In this document: positions 54,762 through 64,000 of the stretch, in pieces | Layout of the letters: each line of letters begins with the position of its first letter | Position numbering within the stretch: position 1 is the stretch's first letter | The notes under the pieces: model-generated | What the model was told of the DNA's origin: nothing | Database searches by the model: none | Seen by the model: the letters and a program-made list of their open reading frames with translations, nothing else | Translations under genes and position numbers: made by a program | Assembly (NCBI RefSeq): GCF_009914755.1 | Contig: NC_060931.1 | Strand: one strand, 5' to 3' | Origin: the human T2T-CHM13v2.0 reference genome, Homo sapiens | DNA: 64,000 bases

Positions 54762-54975
54762 AGTGGCGAGGTAGTATAGGGGAAAGGTCACCAACTGAGG
54801 AACCACAAGGGAAGGATTCTAATTGCAGTTCTATCAGCAATTAGTTTGGGGGAAATTATTATACCTCTCAGAGCCGTGATCTCTTAAATGTGAATATTAA
54901 TTTTTATTATTTCACAAAGTGCTCATTAAGATAACAATTGACATCTGTGAAAGTGCTTTAGAAAAAAAATGTTTT
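54762..54975 (+). mobile_element. MIR-family fragment (degraded)
   Basis: ggtagtataggggaaagg...cctctcagagccgtg...tctgtgaaagtgcttta. Confidence 0.55.
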
Positions 54976-57559
54976 GTGAACAACAGATACCCACAAAAGC
55001 AACTGAGCCACAAGATCACAGAGCCCATAAAGTGACTCAAAGTGTTTCTGGATTGCTACCATCTGATCCCATTACTTAGCTATTTTTCAACTGACCTGCA
55101 AGCTTCTTGGCTGGGGCCCAGGACTACATTTTCCATAGCTTAAGACCATCATATGTAGGATAATAAATTGAATCTACAGATTTTTTTGATGGCACACAAG
55201 TGTTTGCCTCTGTTCTCCTACAACTTTGTAACATTTCTGCCTTTCATCTTCACTATGCTCATCTATTTTTATATTTACATATGACAATACACTTGCTTCA
55301 ACCTCAGCTTTAGTCATAAAAATCTACTGTTCTCTCCCATCTATAACCTTCCTCCAAGTAAATCCACATGTAAAACAAGTTTCTTTCTCTCTCTCTGGTA
55401 TGACGTACTTCTTCAGCCCTGTAAAACTCAGTGCAAACATCCATCTTCTAAATGAAGTCCTTCCTAATTGATCCAGGTGCATTTACCATGCACACTTTTT
55501 CATCATGCCCAATGATGTATAATACACAGACACACTGACATACATACACACATATTTCTTCCCTTATGCAGTTATACAAGGATGCAGTGGTTTCCTTCTG
55601 GAGATCTAAACACAACACCTCTTCAGCCTTCCTCATTCCAAATAAACTCACTCATAGAAAGCTCTAAGTCAGACACAGACCAAATGAAAAAGCCCAAAAG
55701 CGGGAGGGAATAAGCTAGGGAAAAAGGAGAGTGAGGACAAATCTTAAACGACTTCTCTGGTCAGATACCTATAAAAAGTGAACTAGCCATGAAACAGCTA
55801 CAACCTCCCCTAACTCAATGCTTTGGGTTTTCGTTACCATCTGTGCCCCTGTCATCACCAGAGAACAGTCTCTGACATATATCAGGTTACATACCCTGCA
55901 GCCCCACAATAACAACATTAACCGGTGTGTTTTAGGCTTTACAGTTTACAAAGGCTTTCTCAGACACTATCCCATATGCTGATATGACTATAAGATTAAA
56001 CCAATGGGAACACTATCTTATTTGAGAAAAAAATTATCACGTATATCTCTATTTATATGCAAGTTGGGCTTCCTGTCTACAAATCGTGTAAAGGAAACTG
56101 TTGGCTTTACAGAATCAGGTATCTGGTAAGTTGCAAGTTGTGTAAAGACAGTGAAAAAGGAATCTATGTGATAGTGCATCAGCTTAGGAGATGGGATTTT
56201 CATTCGGCTATGCTCCCAAGAAAACCCACAAGCTGAATTTCAAACTGGTTGGGAAAGGTAATTTCAAAACCATGCTGCACAAAGAGCTAATATGACACAA
56301 CTCTAGGTACTAGGATTATAACAAATTAAATATAATAGTGATTGAGGATTGCCAAGCCCTATAGGTGGACAAAGCAAAAGGCAGTACACTTTCAAAATTC
56401 AGAGTGAGATCTATACATTTTAAATAAACCTCAAACAAGCTTCCAATTCTATGAAGCAAAATTCTCTGTACAAAATAAAGTTTCCAGTAGAATCTGCATG
56501 GCAAATAGACAAATAAGATCAGGAGATTGTCAACCCATACATATACTAATGAAGACATAATCTTCTACCTGTAGAAGTTAATGAAAACTTCCCCACATAA
56601 AGGTGAGAAACAAATAAAACAGATTTGTTTTTCTAGAAAATATAGTGTATATATTATTTAAATAATATTTAATTTTAAATATTAACTTAAAACGTGCTCT
56701 CACAAACATAGGGAAGTCAATTCAAAGGAGAATACTCTAATGTTTTTGCTAAAAACTCACTTAAACTATTGGAAAGCTATTATTTTTTGTTGTAAAATAA
56801 AAAAAAACCCTGGAAGTCCACATCATGGTACTTCAAGTTTTATGTTGTTCATCTATCCCTTTCTTGGGTCATAATCTTATCAGGAGTTCCCTCAGTACTT
56901 GGGATTCAAATACATATTCTATCAACATACCAAGTTGGCGTTTGGACCTTTTTGAATTCCAGCCCTGAGGAAGATCCATGAATGCTACTATCTGAATCTT
57001 GTGTGTATGCTTTTTAAATGGGAACAACACAGTTTTAGTAATCAGAGTGGAATAAAGGAAACAATAGCAACAGCTGGCTTTGCTCTCAAGAAAAAAAATT
57101 AAATGGAGTGATACAAAAATCATGCAGCATCTTGAATGCAAACACATACACCATGGATTTATGCTGAATATGGAAAGCAAGGTAAAAGAATAGCTGGATA
57201 GTAAACTATTGTGAGCAGTGAAAGGTGACATCCTTTTAGGAAAAGGCAGTTTTAAGAGAACATATTTTATTAAGTATAAGAAATATTTTCCTCCATGAAG
57301 GATTTCATAGAGAAAAGTATAGAATAAAGATTAGAAGAACACAGGTAAGAATATAGTTTAGTAATAGAAAGAACTTGAAAGGAAAGGTAATATAACAAAT
57401 ACAGACCTGGCTAGAGTAGCAGCAGAAGATGGAGTGAACTGAAATTATCTAGAAATAATAACATCATAGAAATAAAGCTTAATAGAATAATGAGAAATGA
57501 ATATAGCACTTAAATGTATTCATAATAGCAGACGGAATAAATCAGAGTTGGAAGGAAAA

Positions 57560-57980
57560 AGAGAGTCATCAGCATCTAGATGGGAAGTAAAGCCACAGGA
57601 TTGGGAACAATAACATAGGGACAAGGGGTGAGGAGAAAAGAGAAGGTCACCAAATGAAGCAATCTAGTAGAACTTGAACATTTAGGAGTGACTCTAAATC
57701 CAGCCCATCTTTAAAATTCTGCTCAAATTCCATCTCTTTCACCAAGTCTTCTCGGAACATGCCTGGGTTCACAGTCAGTTGTTTTTCATTTCATTCTTGT
57801 TCGGTGGATGACTCCTCACATCATTGTTAAACTCTCCTCTTCATTTTTGAGGAGCTTAGCATACTATCTTCCCCACTATACTGCTCTTTGAAAACTGGGT
57901 TCAGAAGTTGTATTCATTTGCATTTTTCATGGCAAATAATTTAATTCTACAAGCAGAGAGGTTATCCAACAAGTGTCTGT
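57560..57980. mobile_element. L2 fragments (minus ~57560-57690, plus ~57700-57980)
   Basis: gagagtcatcagcatctagatgg..aagccacaggattgg; ctcaaattccatctctttcaccaagtcttctc. Confidence 0.55.
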
Positions 57981-58299
57981 CATATGGACAACCAGATCAA
58001 CTTATTTTGTTTGCAGATAAATTGCATTAAAATGAGTAAAATGACTTACGATATCATGTAAGAACTAAGTACTAGATTGGAAGGAAAAGGCCACTCTTTT
58101 TTGTAGCCTCGAACCACTGGGCTGGGGTTGAGAGTAAATCAGCCTCAAAGGAAAAGTTTAGGTTAGTTAAACCAAAGTGAAGGCAAAGAAAGAATATAAA
58201 TTAGAAAAAGTTGAAAAGATAATGCGGGAGAAAGTAAAATATTTCTTAATGAACACAAATACTGGGAAATCAGTAAAAAATGTCAAGGGTTAATTTTGT

Positions 58300-58514
58300 T
58301 GGCCAAATATGGAAAATAATATAATCTCCAAGAATTACAACTTAGTAGTAAGAAGTTCAGGGACAAACACAATCAACACAATTTCACATTGATTTTGCAT
58401 TGCTGATTTGAAGTAGTACCTTGGGAATTGTGGTTCTAAATCTATTTAGGTTCTTTACATAGTTTAGGTATCAAAACACAAAATAATGTTTGCTCTTTGT
58501 TGTCTGAGGGCAAC
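58300..58514 (+). repeat. Donor copy of the 60942-61156 duplication
   Basis: About 92% identical by eye to 60942-61156, e.g. ggaaaataatataatctccaagaattacaact and gtagtaagaagttcagggacaaacacaatcaa. Confidence 0.96.
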
Positions 58515-59264
58515 TTTATGTTCAAGGAGTTCCCACAAAGAGCACATAAAATCTTAAGCTGTTGGAAAGATAATTCCTGGTAGATATGGGTCTTTAACAG
58601 TAACATGGATAGCTGTGTGACTGGCATCACTCAATCGATATTATTCCAGACACTTTGAGAAGCTTGGTGGTTAGGTCACAATTATGCACTGAATTGTATC
58701 ATAAGTGCTCATTTTTTATCTTCACTAGTAAAAAAAAAATGCTTTTTAAAAAATCATCATCAGCCTTGGAATGCACTGTTTTATGATGCATAGCATTTAG
58801 GAAACCTCAAAATTACATGTACTGAGAGGGAAATCAGATCGTCTCACTTCAGCAACTGAAATTAAACCCCTCTTCTTTTTTCTAACTAAAAGCCATAGTT
58901 AATGTTCAATTACTTGGCTTTGGGTTGATGATCTGGATCTGTTTCTCCCATTTCTGAGAGAACTTGTCTATATATTCAGATCAGTGCTTCACCTTTCTAT
59001 TTTGCTTTCTGCATTGTTGAGCAAACCTAACCACCGAGGGACACTTAATGCCTGGCAGTGTGATTGACAGAGACTCACATTTAGCACTTACAGAGATTGT
59101 TCCAACATTATGTGGACTACAGTGAGCATTTATTTTTAAAAATTGTGAAGGCATAGAAAACAACAGAAGCTAATTCTTTTTTAAAATGTTGTAAGAACAC
59201 TGAATGTAATACTTATTTTATAATACCTTTCAGAGAGGTAAATTTACCCTGTAAGTTTAAGAAT

Positions 59265-59620
59265 TTTATTAGTCTGTTCTCACGCTGCTAATAAAGACAT
59301 ACCCGAGACTGGGTAATTTATAAAGGAGAGAGGTTTAACTGTTTCACAGTTCCACATGGCTGGGGAGGCCTCACAATCATGGCAGAAGATGAAGGAAGAG
59401 CAAAGGGGTGTCTTACATGGCAGCAGGCAAGAAAGCTCGTGCAGGGGAACTCCCATTTATAAAACCATCAGATCTCATGAGACTTATTCACTACCAGGAG
59501 AACAGTTTAGGGGAAACCGCCCCCATGACTCAATTATTTCCACCTGGCCCCGCCCTTGACACATGGGGATTACTACAATTCAAGGTGAGATTTGGGTGGG
59601 GACTCAGCAAAACCATATCA
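59265..59620 (-). mobile_element. THE1C-like solo LTR
   Basis: tattagtctgttctcacgctgctaataaagacatacccgagactggg...aaaccatatca; TSD agaat / agcat. Confidence 0.93.
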
Positions 59621-59765
59621 AGCATGTAAATTATATGACAATTAAAATAATTATAAAATTATATTGATCTGCCTATTTACTGATATGATGTCCTAGGGAA
59701 AACACTGAGAATATTTGAGAATATTTCCCTTCTTATGGGTTTTAAATACAAAGTTTTAAAGGAAA

Positions 59766-60130
59766 TTTTATTTTTATTTTTTTTATTATACTTTAAGTTC
59801 TGGGGTACACGTGCAGAACGTGCAGGTTTGTTACACAGGTAGACACATGTCATGGTGGTTTGCTGCACCCATTAACCCATCATCTACATTAGGTATTTCT
59901 CCTAATGCTATCCCTCCCCTAGCTCCCTATCCCCCAACAGGCCCCGGTGTGTGATGTTCCCCTCCCTGTGTCCATGTGTTCTCATTGTTCAACTCCCACT
60001 TATGAGTGATTTGGTATTTGGTATGCGGAAAACCAAATATGTGGTATTTGGTTTTCTGTTCTTGTGTTAGTTTGCTGAGAATGATGGTTTCCAGCATCAT
60101 CCATGTCCCTGCAAAGAACATGAACTCATC
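59766..60130 (-). mobile_element. 5'-truncated L1PA (L1PA7/8-like) 3' end
   Basis: Poly-T then ttatactttaagttctggggtacacgtgcagaacgtgcagg...; flanked by the direct repeat taaaggaaa (59757-59765, 60131-60139). Confidence 0.92.
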
Positions 60131-60244
60131 TAAAGGAAAAATATTTAATCTAGTTTCCCTTAACATGTTTTTAGGCCTTAATGTCTCTAGTTTAAGCGTC
60201 TTGTGGTATTAAATGGTGGACACACATTGATATCCATTTTAAAC

Positions 60245-60428
60245 TCAGATGACTTGGATCCAAGCCTCATTTTCTATTTACATTTATTAGATCAGACCCC
60301 TAAATCCTTTGGACTATAAAATAATTATCTGAAAAATGGGAGTTCAAAATCTCTACCTACATCACAGAGTAGATTCAACAGAGATAATGTTATGTGAGAA
60401 TATTTTCAAGTTTTAAAGTACTGTTATC
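60245..60428 (+). mobile_element. MIR fragment
   Basis: tcagatgacttggatccaagcctc...atctgaaaaatgggag...ctacctacatcacagagt. Confidence 0.65.
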
Positions 60429-60941
60429 AGTTGGTACCAAAGGTCATATTTAGACATCTGGTTCCAAACAAGATGGTGTAGACCCAATTTTCCCATTTCC
60501 TCCTCTCCAAATACAGCTAAATACCCTGGAAACAATTCAACAGACATTCACAAAAGACCCTGAAAGGTGGAAAGAGGAAGGCAGGAATTAGGAAATGAAC
60601 CACAGCAAATGTGTAGGATTTTCTTTTCTCTCCCATATATCTTAGACAGCACACCAGGAAGACCTTCAGCCTGGAATGGACAACAGGCATCAACAAACAA
60701 CAAAAGCAAGAAAACAAAAGAGAAAAGCCTACTCTCCCTGGCCGAAGGGCAAGGAAAGGGGGAGAGTAACTGGGACGTGGGGGCAGCCTTTTTCCTGACC
60801 CATACCTAGAAGCAGTGTAGGTTCCTTTAACCTGTAAGTGGTGGCATCAGTAGATCCCAGAAAGGGTAACACATCTTGTGTCCATAGTGGCAGCTGGAAG
60901 CACCTGCACTGGTGATGTCAGTGAACCCCTGACATCAATCC

Positions 60942-61156
60942 TGGTCAAATTTGGAAAATAATATAATCTCCAAGAATTACAACTCTGTAGTAAGAAGTTC
61001 AGGGACAAACACAATCAATACAATTTCACAGTGATTTTGCATTGCTGATTTGAAGTATTACCTTGGGAATTGTGGTTCTAAATCTGTTTGGGTTCTTTAA
61101 ATAGTTTTTGTATCAAAACACCAAATAATGTTTGCTCTATTTTGTCTGAAGGCAAC
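60942..61156 (+). repeat. Derived direct copy of 58300-58514 inserted into the L1 5' region
   Basis: Alignment as above; an AT-rich block inside the GC-richer L1 5' sequence. Confidence 0.95.
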
Positions 61157-62256
61157 ATTTATTATCAATTGGTACCAAAATCCCGTATGGGTGACCCATC
61201 CTCTTCCCCGTACCTGCCTATATCATGTGGGCAAAGATAAGAGGCCAGAGAAAACACTTTCCATCCTACAGATCCAGTGTCTAACATCCCTACTAGTAAT
61301 AACAGGTGACCTAGGGAAGTGCTTTCTGTAACTTGCAAGTGGCACCAGCAGGAATGTATCAGAAGCTCCCAAGTCAGGAGAACTAAGCAGACCAAAAATA
61401 GCATTGGGAAGAGCTCTGCAAGCTAAATGCATCTGAAACCACAGCCTACGAAACAGGCCAGAACCTACATACCAAACCAAAACAGGGACATTCTTGGCTA
61501 AAATGATAGATTTTATTTTAAATGTCCATTTAAAAATGGTCTGTATAATGAATGTCCAGGATAAACATAAATACAGGCCATGAGCCAGGAAAAACAAATT
61601 GGATGAGAAAAGACAATAAACTAATCCTGATAATCAAGAAAAATCAAGTATCAAATTTATCTGACAAGGATTTTAAATCAGCCATCATAAAATTGCTTTA
61701 ACAAGCAATTATGAATTCTCTTGCAACAAAAAATCTCAGTAAAGAAATGGAAGTTATGAAAAAGTACTAAATAGAAATTACAGAATGGAAAAATAAAATA
61801 ATAGGAATTAAAATCTTGCTGGGTGGGTCAGTAATAGAGTGGATATAACAGGGCAGAACAATGAAATTAAAGACAGATCCACAAAGTTTATTCAAAAAAT
61901 TCAAAAACTTGAAATTGTTTCTAATTCACCAACTTGGAAGCAATGAACCAATTCCTATAAAACTATAAACTACCAAAACTAACAAGATGAAGTGCATAAC
62001 CTGAATAATCCTGTAACCATTAAAGCAATTGAACTTGTAATTAAAATCCTCTTGAAAAAAATCCCCAGGACAGTTGTTTTACTGGAGAATTTTACCAAAT
62101 ATTTAAAGAAAAAATTGACACCAATTTTACACAATCTTTTCCATTAAACAGAAGATGACGGAATGCTTATCTACTCATTTTATGTGGCCAGTATTACCCC
62201 GATACCAAAACCAGATAAAGACAGTACAAAAAAAAATTACAGACCAGTATTTCTCA

Positions 62257-62325
62257 ATAGACACAAAATCACAAAACATAGACACAAAAGACATAGACAC
62301 AAAACACAGACACATAGACACAAAA
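62257..62325 (+). repeat. Irregular tandem amplification of (c)atagacacaaaa inside L1 ORF2
   Basis: Four atagacacaaaa units with partial spacers, where L1 normally has a single atagatgcaaaaatcct. Confidence 0.85.
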
Positions 62326-62991
62326 ATCCTCAATAAAATATTACCAAGTTAAATAAAACAGTATATGAAAAGAATTATTTACCATGTCCTAGTTGGACTT
62401 ATCCCAGGTATGCAAGGTTGATTTAATATTTGAAAATCACTCAATGTAATCTACCATGTCAACAGCTTAAATAAGAAATATCTTATGATTATATCAGTTG
62501 AAAATAGTCTATGTAGAAATTACAAGAAATCTACCAAAAAATTTCCTGCAAATAAATGAATTAAGCAAGTACATGAGATCTATGACCAACACATGAAAAT
62601 CAATCTCATGTATATATTCTAACAACAAACATACAGAGACTGAAATTAAAAACACAATACCCATTTACATTGCTCAAAGAAAATGGAATACTTAGGTATA
62701 CACTAAACAAAACGTGCCATATATTTTTGCTGAAATTACGAAATGCTGATGAAAGAACTCAAAGAAGGCTTAAATAATTGGAAGGGCTTATCATGTTCAT
62801 GGATTGGAATACTCAACACAGTAAAGATATATATTATTGTCAACTTAATCTGGAGGTTTAATACAATTCCTATGAGAATCCCAACAAGATTTTTGTAGTT
62901 CTAGAAAAGCTTCTCCTAAAATTTATATAAAATGGCAAAAGACCTAAAATATCTAAAACAATTTTGATAAGAGTAAAGTAGGAACTATCAC

Positions 62992-63371
62992 TGTATTAGT
63001 CTGTTCTCACACTGCTATAACAACTTCCTGAGACTGGGTAATTCATAAAGAAAAGCAGTTTAATTGACTCACAGTTGTACATGGCTGAGGAGGCCTCAGG
63101 AAACTTATAATCATGGCAGAAGGGGAAGCAGACACATCTTACATGGCGACAGGTGAGAGGGAGAGTGTGTGTGAGTGCAGGAAAAACTACCATTTATGAA
63201 ACCATTAGATCTGTGAGAATTAACTATCATGAGAACAGCATGGGGCAAACTGCCCCATAATTCAGTCATTTCCCTCTCTTGACACATGGGAATTACAGGT
63301 CCTTCCCTCGACACATGGGGATTGCAACTCAAGGTGAGATTTGGGTGGGGACATAGAGCCAAACCATATCA
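62992..63371 (-). mobile_element. THE1D/MSTA-like solo LTR nested in L1
   Basis: tgtattagtctgttctcacactgctataa...ggcctcaggaaactta...gccaaaccatatca; TSD atcac / gtcac. Confidence 0.93.
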
Positions 63372-64000
63372 GTCACTTTACCCAAATATTAAGGTTTACT
63401 ATATAGCTGAAAAATCAAGACAGTGTGGTACAAGTGAAGGGATAAACCCATAGATGAACAGAATCCAAAAGTTTATGACAAAGGTGCACACACAATTCCA
63501 TGGAAGAAGAATAGCCTTTTCAACAAATGGTGCTGGAACAGTTCAACATCCATAGGGAAAAAAAAATAGAGAGAGAACCTTAACCTAACTCTTATACATT
63601 TAACAAAAATTAACCCAAAATACACAACAGACTTAAACATAAAAAATAAAACTATACAATATTTAGAAAAAACATGAAAAAAAATTGGGACCTGGGGCTA
63701 GATTGAAGAGTTCTTAGACTTGATACCAAAAGTCTGATTCATAAAAGGAAAAATGATAATCTGGATTTATCAAAGTTAAAAATATTTATCTGTAAAAGAT
63801 CCTGTTAAGGGGATGGAAATACAAATTGCAGACTTGGAGAAAATGTTCGTAAGCAACATATCTGTAAAGATATGTAAAGGAACATGTATACATAAGGAAC
63901 TTTCAAAACTGAGTTTAAAAAGCAAACAACTGGCAAAAGACATGATCAGATTTGCCACTAATTAGGATATAGATATGACAAATAATCATATAAAAAGATG

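Larger units (their letters stand above)
60452..64000 (+). mobile_element. Old L1 (L1MC/L1MD-like): 5' region plus internally deleted ORF1/ORF2, interrupted by a templated insert and a THE1D LTR; runs off the window
   Basis: 5' end gacatctggttccaaacaagatgg...aaagaccctgaaaggtgga. RT-region ttttactggagaattttaccaaatatttaaagaa, ccagtattaccccgataccaaaaccaga and ttttcaacaaatggtgctggaac. Confidence 0.88.

Noticed and set aside
63270-63330. Internal duplication gacacatggg(a/g)att in the THE1D-like LTR
   Set aside because: Probably a subfamily feature rather than a locus-specific event.

Overview
AT-rich primate (most likely human) non-coding genomic DNA, either intronic or intergenic. The taxon call rests on AluJ/S/Y copies, a young L1PA2/3-type 3' end and THE1 elements. 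I found no supportable protein-coding exon, RNA gene or CpG-island promoter. The ORF-track peptides I could recognise are transposon-derived (THE1-int, CR1/L3 RT, L2 RT, Alu, L1), and the rest look like chance ORFs. The window is dominated by interspersed repeats: a full-length THE1B-like provirus with intact GTTCA target-site duplications, solo LTRs, six Alus, old and young L1s, L2, L3/CR1, MIR, MamSINE1 and hAT elements. The most unusual content is not explained by transposition. Three non-transposon local duplications each have one copy that interrupts an older transposon and lacks a TSD or poly-A tail. They are a ~457 bp inverted copy (29178-29634 vs 35240-35690, ~95% identical, flanking ~5.6 kb and so a candidate inversion substrate), a ~193 bp direct copy (31397-31589 vs 32976-33170) and a multi-part insertion (60913-61179: hairpin, a copy of 58300-58514, and an 18-mer from 60424-60441). 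Several small hairpin or palindrome insertion scars also occur. These look like fossil template-switch repair events of different ages. Subfamily names come from remembered consensus sequences and identities were counted by eye, so both need RepeatMasker or alignment confirmation.
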